This document shows, in pieces, positions 30,049-39,958 of a stretch of DNA of 64,000 bases (position 1 is the first letter of the stretch; the number at the start of each line of letters is the position of its first letter). Source of the stretch: an uncultured Erythrobacter sp. (GTDB lineage: Bacteria; Pseudomonadota; Alphaproteobacteria; Sphingomonadales; Sphingomonadaceae); NCBI GenBank assembly GCA_947494705.1, contig CANLVN010000005.1, forward strand, positions 7,835 to 71,834. Reading direction: 5' to 3'. Under the pieces are notes generated by a model that worked only from the letters and a program-made list of their open reading frames with translations, was not told where the DNA came from and did not search any database. Both the position numbers and the translations under genes were made by a program.

Positions 30049-31440
30049 CTAGAATTTGAAATACAGGTCCGCATATCCATAGCGTGTGTCGTCGGCGTTG
30101 ATCACGTTTGGCGCCGTGCGAAGGAATTCGCCCTTGGCCAGCACCGCTCCGCCAACATCCAGCTGGATGAAGCCGGGCACGATCCAGTAGCGCACTCGCG
30201 CTTCGACCTGTTCACCGGCATGGCGACCGCTTTGGCCGGTAGCATCGACAATGCCGGTTTTCGCAAAGCTGTCGGTTCGTTCGTCGAGCCATGCGGCGCG
30301 CGCAGCGACGAAGGCGTCGAGGCGGGAAGACGGCTTGATCTCGAACCGGACGCCGATATCGCGGATATTGTTGCGGCTCAGCGGCCCGTAGAGTGAAGAC
30401 GACGGGCCCCATTCGCCACGCCGGATGCCGAACAGCGTATCGAAACGGTTGTAGCTGCCGCTGCCGGGATCATCGCCGCTGGCGATATCGGCCATCACCG
30501 AAAGGCGCGGACGTGCCGGATGGTCGAACGTGTATCCGAGTTCGGCGGCCAGCGTGTAGGCCGAAACATCGAGCTTCGGCGCGTCTGCGGCCTTGGATGA
30601 TCGGATGGTTCCGTCCTGATAGGCACCCTCGATCTCGAAATCAGCCTTGCCCGGCTTGCTCTTTGAGTAGAGCCGCGAACCGATCGTCACGAGGTGGCGA
30701 TTGCGGGTCGCGCGATCGGCGCGGTCATCCTCGTCCAGCCCGTAACCGTACAGTTCCAGCTTCGTGCCGGAGTCCGCCAGCGGGGTCGAGAAAATGCCGC
30801 CCCAGAATTGCAGGTCGTCCGACTCGCGGTCCCATTCGACATGGTTGTCGAGCAGGCTCGCCCGGTCCGAGGGCAGGCGCTGCTGTGGCAGCGTGTAAAA
30901 ACCGGTGAAGGACTGTTTCCCGTTCTGTCCGCTCCAGTCGAGGCGCACCCCGGTGTAACCGTTGGCCGTGTTGCGAAAGCCAGGCGTCGCGGCGAGACGT
31001 TTCGACCCCAGCTTCATCAGGAAGCGTCCCGCGGTCAATTCGGTCGTCGAACCACCGCCAAAGGCGTCTCCCAATTCGGCGGTCACATAAGCCTCGACCA
31101 GTTCGAGAGCGTTGACGTCAGCCGTCGAGATCCGCGTCCCGGCATCCGCCCAATAGGCGCGAGCGTCCTGCAGCTGTCCACCGATGCGGATCGGGCCGGC
31201 ATCGTATTCCGCCTTCACGATGGTACGAAAACTGAGCAGGTCGGCTGCCTCTGCTCCGCTGCTGCGGAAGGGGTTTTCGTAGGATTCATAGCGAGTGCGA
31301 ACGCTCGCGCTGATCTCGAAATCGTCCGAACCGATGGCGTCCTGCAAGGTCGGGCTTTCCCGGTCCTGCGCGATCGCCGGTGCGGCGAAAATGGACATGG
31401 CGGTGCCGGTCAGCGCCGCAGCAATAGCGTGCTTCTTCAT
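30049..31440 (-). CDS. Alginate-export-family outer membrane beta-barrel porin
   Basis: Signal peptide; SVRTRYESY, QDARAY, ELVEAYV, ASGD..SGSYNRFDTLFG, C-terminal Y.DLYFKF. Confidence 0.8.
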   Translation of the reverse strand: MKKHAIAAALTGTAMSIFAAPAIAQDRESPTLQDAIGSDDFEISASVRTRYESYENPFRSSGAEAADLLSFRTIVKAEYDAGPIRIGGQLQDARAYWADAGTRISTADVNALELVEAYVTAELGDAFGGGSTTELTAGRFLMKLGSKRLAATPGFRNTANGYTGVRLDWSGQNGKQSFTGFYTLPQQRLPSDRASLLDNHVEWDRESDDLQFWGGIFSTPLADSGTKLELYGYGLDEDDRADRATRNRHLVTIGSRLYSKSKPGKADFEIEGAYQDGTIRSSKAADAPKLDVSAYTLAAELGYTFDHPARPRLSVMADIASGDDPGSGSYNRFDTLFGIRRGEWGPSSSLYGPLSRNNIRDIGVRFEIKPSSRLDAFVAARAAWLDERTDSFAKTGIVDATGQSGRHAGEQVEARVRYWIVPGFIQLDVGGAVLAKGEFLRTAPNVINADDTRYGYADLYFKF

Positions 31441-31508
31441 GATATACCTCTGGGTTGTGAGTTCAGATCGCCGGCGCTCGATTGACCCTGCGCCGGCCGC
31501 GTCGCTTG

Positions 31509-33380
31509 CTAGAATTCGCTCCAGTCGTCTGCGTCATAGGCAAGGTTGCCGTCCGTCATCGGAACCGGTGCCGGCTGGGGGGCAGGCGCAGGCTCTTCGA
31601 ACCGCGGCGCTTGCGCCACGACTTTCATCGCTGGCAGGGCACTCGGCTGAACGCTGGATTGGGCGCTGGACTGGTTGAGGACGAAGGCGGAGACGACGGC
31701 GGCAAGGTTGTTCGCCTCGGTAGCGAGGTTGTGCGCTGCCGCGTTGCTTTCCTCGACCATCGCCGCGTTCTGCTGCGTCACCATGTCCATGCTGCGCATC
31801 GCCTTGTTGGTGTCCTGGATATTGTCGACCTGTTCTTGCGCCTTGGAGCTGATGGTCTCGACCAGCGAAGTGGTTACGCCGATCTTCGCAATGATCCGTT
31901 CGAAGACGTCGCCGGTCTTGCGAACCATGCCGGCCCCTTCGGACACCTGGTTCGAGCTACGCTCGATCAGGGTCTTGATATCCTTCGCCGCCTCCGCAGA
32001 GCGCTGGGCGAGCGCACGCACTTCGTTCGCGACAACGGCAAAGCCGCTGCCCGAAGCGCCTGCGCGAGCCGCTTCGACGCCCGCATTGAGGGCGAGCAGG
32101 TTCGTCTGGAAAGCGATGTTGTCGATGACCGAGATGATTTCCTCGATCTGACTGGTCGACCCCTCGATCTCGCCCATGGCTGCAACTGCGCTGGCAATCA
32201 CTTCCCCGCCGAGCCTGGCTTCGTTCATGGCTTCGGTCACGTCGTTGCGAGCCTGCGCCGCACCGCTGGCGGTTTCCGAAAGCATTTCCGAAATCTGGTC
32301 GACCGCCTCCGAAGTCCGGGCAAGCTCTGCCGCGTGGTTCTCGGTGCGCGAGGCCAGATCGTCCGAGGCCTGCTTGATCTCGTTCGAGCCGACCCTGATC
32401 GTGTTCGCGCTCTGCGCCACACCGACCAGCGTATCGTGCAGCTGCTGGATCGTGGTGTTCAGGTCCGTGCGCAGGCCCGAATAGCTGTCGCTCAACTCGC
32501 CCAGATGCGTGGTAAGATCGCCTTGCGACATGCGCTGCAGACATTCGCCGACGCGCTCTGCCATCTGGCTCATGTCTTCATCGGCCTGGCGCTTGAGCTC
32601 GGTCGTGTTGCGAAGCTCGACAGCCGCGCGGGCCAGCTCGCCGACATCGTCGGTCCGCTCGGCATGCTCGATGCGCACATCGAGATCGCCCTTGAGGATA
32701 CGGCCGATGGCACCGGAAATGGAGCCGAGCTCGCTGGAAATCGCCCTGCGGATCGCGCGCGCAAGGAAGAACGAGATGATCCCTACCAGCAAGGCAAGCG
32801 CCACGGTGATCCCCATGATCTGGAGCGAGTGGGCTGCCTCGACTTCCGAATGCTCCAGCGATTGAGCGATGGACGGGTCCCGGATCGCTTCGATCGCGCT
32901 GTCGACGTCGCCGCCTGCCTCGGAAATACGGTTCGTGCCAGCGGCGCCCGGTCGACCGGAGGCAACCACGGCATAAACGGTCTCGACATACGTTTCGTTG
33001 AGCGATGCCACGCGGGTGAGGAGTTCACGGTCCCCCTCCTCCATGCGCGCATCCATGTCGGAGATCGCCTGGCGCATGTCTACGACGTTGCTTTCAAAGG
33101 TCTCGCGCGTTTGCGCGTCTCCCCTGAGCGCGTAGCGGAAGGCATCGCGCTCGAGCGAAGCGAAGTCCTTTTCCAGCAGCGCCGAATGCAGCGCCTTGTC
33201 GGAAAGGTGATCGCCCCGGTCCAGCATCTTCGATTCCAGGAAGAAGCTGCCAGCGAGGATCGCGACTAGGATCAGGCTGAGGACAATCGACGCGGTCGCC
33301 TGGATACCGAGCCGTTGATTGATCGACCGTTTGGACAACCAGCCAGCCAAACCCGGCGCGTTACTACTTGATCTAACCAT
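31509..33380 (-). CDS. Methyl-accepting chemotaxis protein (2 TM, HAMP, MA domain)
   Basis: Two TM helices, HAMP (RTDDVGELARA), IAFQTNLLALNAGVEAARAGASGSGFAVVANEVRALAQRS. Confidence 0.95.
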   Translation of the reverse strand: MVRSSSNAPGLAGWLSKRSINQRLGIQATASIVLSLILVAILAGSFFLESKMLDRGDHLSDKALHSALLEKDFASLERDAFRYALRGDAQTRETFESNVVDMRQAISDMDARMEEGDRELLTRVASLNETYVETVYAVVASGRPGAAGTNRISEAGGDVDSAIEAIRDPSIAQSLEHSEVEAAHSLQIMGITVALALLVGIISFFLARAIRRAISSELGSISGAIGRILKGDLDVRIEHAERTDDVGELARAAVELRNTTELKRQADEDMSQMAERVGECLQRMSQGDLTTHLGELSDSYSGLRTDLNTTIQQLHDTLVGVAQSANTIRVGSNEIKQASDDLASRTENHAAELARTSEAVDQISEMLSETASGAAQARNDVTEAMNEARLGGEVIASAVAAMGEIEGSTSQIEEIISVIDNIAFQTNLLALNAGVEAARAGASGSGFAVVANEVRALAQRSAEAAKDIKTLIERSSNQVSEGAGMVRKTGDVFERIIAKIGVTTSLVETISSKAQEQVDNIQDTNKAMRSMDMVTQQNAAMVEESNAAAHNLATEANNLAAVVSAFVLNQSSAQSSVQPSALPAMKVVAQAPRFEEPAPAPQPAPVPMTDGNLAYDADDWSEF

Positions 33381-33703
33381 TCCCTATCCTGTCGAAGTGA
33401 GTGATGGACACCCAGCGGGAAGGACCAGCGCCGCCCCGACTGCGTCAGGCTTGCTAGGGGATGGTGTTTAAATGCGGTACAGAACGGGCCTACGAAAAAC
33501 CGCTTAGAGATCACCGCTCAAGGTTCCTGATGAAAATCGCGTGCTTTTTCGAGCGGGCAGCACTTCAGATCGGGTTTGCGAACCACAATCGTTGGCTAAT
33601 TCTGCCGTCCCATCCTCTACGGGATTTCACTAGGTCCGCCTGTATTCCGACCGGAACCTCTCCGGCATAGGACGGCAACTCGGAGTTACTGGCTATCGGA
33701 GCG

Positions 33704-34978
33704 ATGAACGTGTTGCGGCGACTTGTTCTGAACGAACTTGATGTAGGTATGTTCGTCCACAAGATGGAGGGAGCATGGTTCGACCACCCATTCTGGCGGT
33801 CGAAATTCCTGATCGAAACCGGCGACCAGCTTGTAACCCTGCAATCGAGCAAGCTCTCTGCTGTCATTATCGATACCGAGCGCGGCAAGGATATCGAGGA
33901 AACGGTGAGCGCGAAGAGTGGCCACTGTGCGGGATCTGGCAAGGTATTCGAACCTCAATCCAGGAACCGGGCCCGGACCATCAGCTCCCGCGCGAGGAAG
34001 GCTGATAACCCCGCTTCGACGAAGGTCGAACTGAGCGAAGCGCAGGCTGTCAGCGAGCGCGCCCAGGTAAAGCTGCGCCAGGTCTTTACCTCTGCTCGCC
34101 TCGGAAAAGCGCTGAATGTCAACGCGCTGGAGCCTGTGGTGAGCGACATATTGCTCTCGATCAGGCGCAATCCGAATGCCTTTGGCGGGCTGATGCGCTG
34201 CAAGCTCAGGAACGAATGGGCGTATAACCACGCGCTCGCCGTCAGCGCCCTGATGGTCGCACTGGCCCGCAAGATGAAGCTGTCGGCCACCGAAGCACAC
34301 GAAGCCGGCCTCGCGGGCCTCTTGCTGGATATCGGAGTGAGTTACCTGACCCGGCCTCCGGCAGCGGCGAACCGCGATCCTCGCAGCTCCGATCCCGCCT
34401 TGTGGGAGCAGCACGTGATGCTCGGCTTTCGCGCGCTGAGCAATGACACCGATCTGCCCGAATGTGTGATTGAAGCATGCCTGCACCATCACGAGAGGAT
34501 CGATGGAGGCGGCTTTCCCAACGGGCTTGCCGGTGAGGCCATTGGCAGGCTCGGCAAGATGGCGGCTATTTGCGACACGTTCGACCAACTCCTGAACCCC
34601 GCCGAGCAGGCGGGCGGGCTGGATCCGGCGAAGGCCGTGCGGGCAATGCAGTCTATGGAGGGCGCATTCGACCCCGCGATCCTGCGCGAGTTCATCGAAT
34701 CCGTCGGACTTTATCCCATCGGTTCGTTTGTCGAGCTTGAAAGCGGGCTGCTAGCGATGGTCATCGATCTGGACACGACGCCAAGGGCCGCTCCTATCGT
34801 TCAGGCTTTCTACTCGCTCTCCCTCGGCGAGCGCGTGGCCCCCTTCCCGATCGTCTTGGGGAGCGATGATTGCACGGACAGGATTACCGGTATCGCCGAC
34901 CTCACCGGGTTGGCGTTGCCAGACCCCGAACAGCTACGCGAACTCACATTCCTGAGCGCTCACAAGGTATCGGGATGA
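33704..34978 (+). CDS. DUF3391 + HD-GYP domain protein, degenerate active site
   Basis: N-terminal L.VGMFVHK...W.DHPFWRSKFLI (DUF3391-like); C-terminal HHERIDGGGFPNGL, but the HD motif reads LLLDIGV. Confidence 0.85.
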   Translation: MNVLRRLVLNELDVGMFVHKMEGAWFDHPFWRSKFLIETGDQLVTLQSSKLSAVIIDTERGKDIEETVSAKSGHCAGSGKVFEPQSRNRARTISSRARKADNPASTKVELSEAQAVSERAQVKLRQVFTSARLGKALNVNALEPVVSDILLSIRRNPNAFGGLMRCKLRNEWAYNHALAVSALMVALARKMKLSATEAHEAGLAGLLLDIGVSYLTRPPAAANRDPRSSDPALWEQHVMLGFRALSNDTDLPECVIEACLHHHERIDGGGFPNGLAGEAIGRLGKMAAICDTFDQLLNPAEQAGGLDPAKAVRAMQSMEGAFDPAILREFIESVGLYPIGSFVELESGLLAMVIDLDTTPRAAPIVQAFYSLSLGERVAPFPIVLGSDDCTDRITGIADLTGLALPDPEQLRELTFLSAHKVSG

Positions 34979-35015
34979 TTGTCCGACAGGATGACAAGCC
35001 GACGCTATCGCGCGG

Positions 35016-36440
35016 TCAAGCTCCGGGCGGGGTTCCGGTATCCTGATCCTGCGGCAGCGAAATCGGAGTAGCGGAGCAGATCGTGCGCAGCGCGTTCTTG
35101 AGCCCTTCTTCCAGAGTCGGGTGGTAGAACGGCATCTCCAGCAGCTCGCTCGCTGTGGTTCCTCTCTGGATTGCCCAGGTCAGGATATGGGCAAGATGAT
35201 CGCCGCCGGGCGCAACAAGATCGGCCCCGATCAGCTTTCCGTCGGGCGCAGCGGCATAAAGCGTCACGACACCCTCATTGCGGGCCTCGACCCGCGCGCG
35301 GCCCTGATCCGAATAGTCGGCCGTCCCGGTGATCGCGCCGTCATCCTCTCCCTCGCCGATCCTGGCGAGCGGCGGATCGGTAAAGATTAGGCTGAAGGCC
35401 ACGTGCCGTTCGGTCTCGATCATGACCGGTAGCGCCGCCGCGTTGCGACCGGCGATTGCACCATCATGCGACGCCTCGTGCAGCAACGGCAGGTCTGCCG
35501 CCACGTCACCCGCTATGAAGATCGAACTTTCGCCACATCGCATCGTTGCGCGGTCGTGGCATGGAACGCCGTTATCGTCGCATTCCAGTCCGGCTTTCTC
35601 CAATTCAAGCCCGTCCAGATGCGGCGGGCGACCGAGAGCGGCCAGCAACAGGTCGAAGGTCGCCTCGCCCTCTTTATCGCCATTGCCGCTCCAGCAAACG
35701 CGCACACCGTCATCGGTGCGTTCAGGCGTCACATCGACGCCCAGATGGACTGCCATATCCGCGCTGATGATCTCATGCAGCGCGTCGTGCACCTTCGGGC
35801 AGCGGATCTTACCGAGCCTATCGCCGCGATCGAACAGCGCCACGTCCACCCCGAGATGCGCAAAGGCCTGTGCCAGTTCGAGGCCGATCGAACCTGAACC
35901 TACCACTGCCAGACGACGGGGGAGGTCTTCGAGTTCGAAAACGCTTTCATTGGTCAGCACGCGGTCGCCGAGCTCGGCGAAGGGGCCGGGCATCGCCGCA
36001 GTCGATCCTGTCGCGATTACGATCGCCTTGGCCTCGATCGCGCGACCGTCATCGAGGACCAGCCGGTTCGGCCCGTCGAAGCTTGCACAGGCCTGGATCA
36101 GAACGCCATCAGGCAAATCGTCGAAGGATTCGCGCGTCAGGCGGGCAAAGCGGTCGCGTTCGGAGCGCACTCGGCGCATCACCGCCGGCCCGTCTATCCG
36201 CATCTCGCCAACTTCTATCCCGAAGGTGTGCGCCTGACCGATCCTGCTCGCCTCCTTGGCCGCAGCGATGAGCAGCTTGGACGGCATGCAGCCGGTATTG
36301 GCGCACAGTGTTCCGCGAAACTCCGGATCTATCAGGAGTGTCGACGCGCCGTTCTTGCGCGCCGCGCGTTCGGCAGCGAGGCCGGCTGTACCGGCGCCGA
36401 TCACGGCGACATCGCAGGTCAGGCTATCGCTCACGACCAT
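35016..36440 (-). CDS. Dihydrolipoyl-dehydrogenase-like pyridine nucleotide-disulfide oxidoreductase
   Basis: IGAGTAG, CANTGCMPSK (CxxxxC), VVGSGSIGLE, FYHPTLEEG. Confidence 0.9.
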   Translation of the reverse strand: MVVSDSLTCDVAVIGAGTAGLAAERAARKNGASTLLIDPEFRGTLCANTGCMPSKLLIAAAKEASRIGQAHTFGIEVGEMRIDGPAVMRRVRSERDRFARLTRESFDDLPDGVLIQACASFDGPNRLVLDDGRAIEAKAIVIATGSTAAMPGPFAELGDRVLTNESVFELEDLPRRLAVVGSGSIGLELAQAFAHLGVDVALFDRGDRLGKIRCPKVHDALHEIISADMAVHLGVDVTPERTDDGVRVCWSGNGDKEGEATFDLLLAALGRPPHLDGLELEKAGLECDDNGVPCHDRATMRCGESSIFIAGDVAADLPLLHEASHDGAIAGRNAAALPVMIETERHVAFSLIFTDPPLARIGEGEDDGAITGTADYSDQGRARVEARNEGVVTLYAAAPDGKLIGADLVAPGGDHLAHILTWAIQRGTTASELLEMPFYHPTLEEGLKNALRTICSATPISLPQDQDTGTPPGA

Positions 36441-36546
36441 GTGCCTTTTCCGTCTGGGTCGCGCAAAGGTGCGATGCTGGAACTGGTGTTGTGAGCCATT
36501 GGCTTTCCTTCGGCTTCAAGAATTGGGGGACGGGGCAGAATCAGGT

Positions 36547-37308
36547 TCAGCCGAATTGGGAGCGGTGCTTTTCCAGCTTGTCTTCCACATCGGAAAGCGC
36601 CTCGAGCACTTCTTCGCGCCAACCATCCTGCTCGAATTCGCGGATTGCCGAATGCGCGGCGCAAACCACCGGAGTGCCCGCCCATCGCTCGGCAATGTCT
36701 CGCGCCCATTTGGCGAATTCGTCTGCCGCACCGGCGCGCGGCTGCAACGCGTCTGCGAGCTTGGGGTGGAACTTGAGGCTGGAATGGGGAACCAGCCGGT
36801 CGAGCACGCCGGGCGCCGCCAGCACGTTGAAGGTATCGTCGACATGGACAACTCCGCTCGCCTTGTGCCGAACCAGCATCGACGCGGCATGCACGCTGTC
36901 GTCATCGGTCACGAGGTCGAGGCCAGCGGGCTTCGAGAAATCCAGGTCATCCTGGAACTCGGCCTGCATCGCCTCGTCTTCGATCACGCCCGCATCCCAC
37001 TTGATGTCCGGCACCTCGCGCTTGTGCCGCGCGGTCCCGACCATGCGCGCCGCAGGGAAGAGGTCGTGCAGTTTCGAACAGTGCAGCGTGTGGAAGGGGT
37101 GGACGTTGATAATCGCGTCGATAGCAGCGCCGTTATCGGTCAATTCCACCAGTTCCCGCTTGTCATCGCCTTCGACGGCGTAGCTGTCGAGCAGGAGAAA
37201 TCGGCCATTGGTCCGCCGGACCACAGACATCTGGGTTCCGATATCGACTACCTTGGCGATCTTGAAGGAACCTCGGATGTTCCAGAAGCCGTCAGCAATT
37301 TGCTTCAT
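36547..37308 (-). CDS. Hypothetical protein, probable metallo-beta-lactamase-like fold
   Basis: 253 aa; NVHPFHTLH His cluster, VHVDDT, CAAHS. Fold assignment is inference. Confidence 0.6.
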   Translation of the reverse strand: MKQIADGFWNIRGSFKIAKVVDIGTQMSVVRRTNGRFLLLDSYAVEGDDKRELVELTDNGAAIDAIINVHPFHTLHCSKLHDLFPAARMVGTARHKREVPDIKWDAGVIEDEAMQAEFQDDLDFSKPAGLDLVTDDDSVHAASMLVRHKASGVVHVDDTFNVLAAPGVLDRLVPHSSLKFHPKLADALQPRAGAADEFAKWARDIAERWAGTPVVCAAHSAIREFEQDGWREEVLEALSDVEDKLEKHRSQFG

Positions 37309-37437
37309 GTGGGAAAGGTGCCTTGTAATGGGGGCCGGCAAGCGGAGCGTTGGGCCGGGCGCGCTTTCTCTACCAAAGCGAGGGCAGGCAGATTGTTCCT
37401 CGGGAGCGCGATCGCAGGACGTGCCAGCCGGAGCCGG

Positions 37438-38937
37438 TCAAGTGCGTCCGGCGCTCTCATCTTCCATGTAACGTTCGAGTTCGGCGCGCTGCTCCGCAGT
37501 GAAGCGCAAGCCGAGTTTTGTTCGCCGCCACAGGACATCCTCGGCGGTCATGGCCCATTCGCGCTGGCGTTGATGATCCACCTCGCGCTGAGTCAGACCG
37601 TGGCCGAAATCGCGCCCGCAATGGGAAAGCGTTTCCGCATCGCCGAAGATGGCGAAAACCTCGGTGCCGTAGGTCTTCACCATCCGTTCGGCCTGCACCG
37701 CATCGAGGAAGGAATAGCGCGCCTGCACCTGCTCGATCAGGCGAGCGACGCCATCAACGGCGAAGTCACCACCGGGCAGCGGCGCGGTGTCGGTCCAGCC
37801 CGGACCTTCGAGCGAGGCAAGGCGGTCGGTGAGTTCATCGACGGCTTCTTCGGCGAGATGGCGATAGACGGTCAGCTTGCCACCGAAGACGTTGAGCAGC
37901 GGCGCACCTTGATTTTGCGGCGACAGCTCCAGCTTGTATCCACGCGTCGCGGCCTCGGGCTTGCCCGATCCATCGTCGATCAGCGGGCGCACGCCAGAAT
38001 AGCTCCATACGACATCGTCTGGGGTCACCTGCTTGCGGAAGAAGCGATTTGCCCCGTCGCAGATGTAGGCGATCTCATCCTTGCTGGCCGCCACGGCGTC
38101 GAGCGATCCCTCATGGTCCGCATCGGTCGTGCCGATCAGCGTGAAGTCGCGCTCATAAGGTATCGCGAAGAAAATTCGCCCGTCGGGAAGCTGGAAGAAA
38201 TAGGGATATTCGTGGTCGAACAGCTTGGGTACGACGATATGCGAGCCGCGTACCAGTCGCATCGCGCGCCTGTCGGATATGCGCCCTGCTTCTAGCACGC
38301 CGAGCACACCCGGTCCGCCCGCATTGACCAATGCCCGGGCGAAGAAGGTTTCCCCGCCCGCCTCGATCCTCCAGCCATCGGCCTCTCGCGTGAAGTTCGT
38401 GACCCGGCAGCGCGTGCGGATCTCGGCACCGCGGTCCGCCGCATCGCGCGCATTGAGCACAACGAGCCGCGCATCGTCGGCCCACGCATCGGAATATATA
38501 AATCCCTTCGTGAACACGCTCTTCAGCGGCTCGCCCGCTTCGTGCTCACGCAGGTCGACACTGGCCGTGGCGGGCAGTTTGTCCCGCCCGCCGATGTGAT
38601 CGTAGAGAAACAGCCCCAACCGCAGCAGCCAGCGCGGACGCAGGCCCTTCACATGCGGCAGCACAAATCGCATCGGCCAGATGATATGCGGTGCAATGGC
38701 CCACAACCGCTCACGCTCACTGAGCGCCTCGCGAACAAGGGCGAACTCGTAATGCTCCAGATAGCGCAGCCCGCCATGGATCAGCTTGCTTGAATTGGAT
38801 GAGGTACCGCTGGCGAGGTCTTTCGCCTCCAGCAGCAGCACCTTGGCCCCGCGCCCGGCGGCGTCGCGAGCGATTCCGGTGCCATTAATGCCGCCGCCAA
38901 TGACGGCCAGGTCGTAAACAGGTGCAGCCTCTTCCAT
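37438..38937 (-). CDS. glpD: FAD-dependent glycerol-3-phosphate dehydrogenase
   Basis: IGGGINGTGIARDAAGRG, SGTSSNSSKLIHGGLRYLEHYEF, DDARLV, VRGSHIV, YSGVRPL, LWRRTKLGL. Confidence 0.95.
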   Translation of the reverse strand: MEEAAPVYDLAVIGGGINGTGIARDAAGRGAKVLLLEAKDLASGTSSNSSKLIHGGLRYLEHYEFALVREALSERERLWAIAPHIIWPMRFVLPHVKGLRPRWLLRLGLFLYDHIGGRDKLPATASVDLREHEAGEPLKSVFTKGFIYSDAWADDARLVVLNARDAADRGAEIRTRCRVTNFTREADGWRIEAGGETFFARALVNAGGPGVLGVLEAGRISDRRAMRLVRGSHIVVPKLFDHEYPYFFQLPDGRIFFAIPYERDFTLIGTTDADHEGSLDAVAASKDEIAYICDGANRFFRKQVTPDDVVWSYSGVRPLIDDGSGKPEAATRGYKLELSPQNQGAPLLNVFGGKLTVYRHLAEEAVDELTDRLASLEGPGWTDTAPLPGGDFAVDGVARLIEQVQARYSFLDAVQAERMVKTYGTEVFAIFGDAETLSHCGRDFGHGLTQREVDHQRQREWAMTAEDVLWRRTKLGLRFTAEQRAELERYMEDESAGRT

Positions 38938-39076
38938 CTCGGGCACTCTACACGCAGCGCTCGACAGACCGAGGCGCGCCGTGAGCGAACCTGTCAGCCT
39001 GTGCCGTTGCCGGATGGAAGAGATCGAATCTGCCGTTCATGCGTCTGGCGCGTCTTATGGCAAGATTTGAAGAAAA

Positions 39077-39152
39077 TGGCAGGGGTGACAGGATTCGAAC
39101 CCGTGGCCCTCGGTTTTGGAGACCGATGCTCTACCAACTGAGCTACACCCCT
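39077..39152 (-). tRNA. trnW: tRNA-Trp (anticodon CCA)
   Basis: 76 nt: AGGGGTGTAGCTCAGTTGGTAGAGCATCGGTCTCCAAAACCGAGGGCCACGGGTTCGAATCCTGTCACCCCTGCCA; canonical D and T loops, encoded CCA end. Confidence 0.98.
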
Positions 39153-39259
39153 GCAGCAGGCGCGCGCTTTATCCGAGGTCGCAGCGATAGGCAACATGCG
39201 ATTGCCACACCCTGTCGCATCATGGATGGTGGTGCCGCCATGTCGTGATATGACAGGCT

Positions 39260-39958
39260 ATGCATTCGCCCTTTCGCGCTCCTATTCCGGTCGAGACCCT
39301 GCTGCTGGCCTATCGCAGCGGGATTTTCCCGATGGCGGACACGCGTGAGGACCAGGACATCTTCTGGGTCGAGCCGCGTGACCGGGCAATCATTCCGCTG
39401 GACGGGCTCCATGTGTCGAAAAGCCTTCGCAAGGTGGTGCGATCGGATCGCTATGAGGTCACGCTCGACAAAGCTTTCGAAGACGTCATTCGCGCCTGTT
39501 CACAGCCGCGGCCGGGCCATCCGGAAAGCTGGATCAGCGAGAGGATCGTTGCCAGCTATGTCGACCTTCACCGGGCCGGCCATGCCCATTCGATCGAGTG
39601 CTGGCTCGACGGCGAACTGGTCGGCGGGCTTTACGGCGTCGCGTTCGACAGGGTGTTCTGTGGTGAGAGCATGTTCGCCCGCGCGGACAATGCCAGCAAG
39701 GTTGCGCTATGCTGGCTGGTGGCGATGCTGCGCGAGGCGGGATACGCCCTGCTCGACTGCCAGTTCATGACCGACCATCTCGCCTCGATGGGAGCGGTCG
39801 AGATGCCTCAGAAGGATTATCTTGCTCTGGTCGCCAAGGCGCGGGGTGAGCCAGGCTCATGGCTCGATGCGGCATGGCGTCGCTTCGCCAGCCAACGCGG
39901 CGGGCCTCATTCCTCGCCCGGAAAGGCCATCTCGCAATCCTTGACCCAGACATCGTAA
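39260..39958 (+). CDS. aat: Leucyl/phenylalanyl-tRNA--protein transferase
   Basis: LLLAYRSGIFPMA, WVEPRDRAIIP, AHSIECW...LVGGLYGV, FCGESMF, DNASKVAL, LDCQFMTDHLASMGA. Confidence 0.96.
   Translation: MHSPFRAPIPVETLLLAYRSGIFPMADTREDQDIFWVEPRDRAIIPLDGLHVSKSLRKVVRSDRYEVTLDKAFEDVIRACSQPRPGHPESWISERIVASYVDLHRAGHAHSIECWLDGELVGGLYGVAFDRVFCGESMFARADNASKVALCWLVAMLREAGYALLDCQFMTDHLASMGAVEMPQKDYLALVAKARGEPGSWLDAAWRRFASQRGGPHSSPGKAISQSLTQTS

Noticed and set aside
15986-38937. Genomic island or prophage call for the accessory stretch
   Set aside because: No integrase, transposase, phage gene or att duplication seen, and no obvious compositional shift by eye.
39907-39958. 52-nt convergent overlap of aat and DUF2155
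   Set aside because: Real, but both genes are intact members of a conserved core block; nothing suggests a special function.
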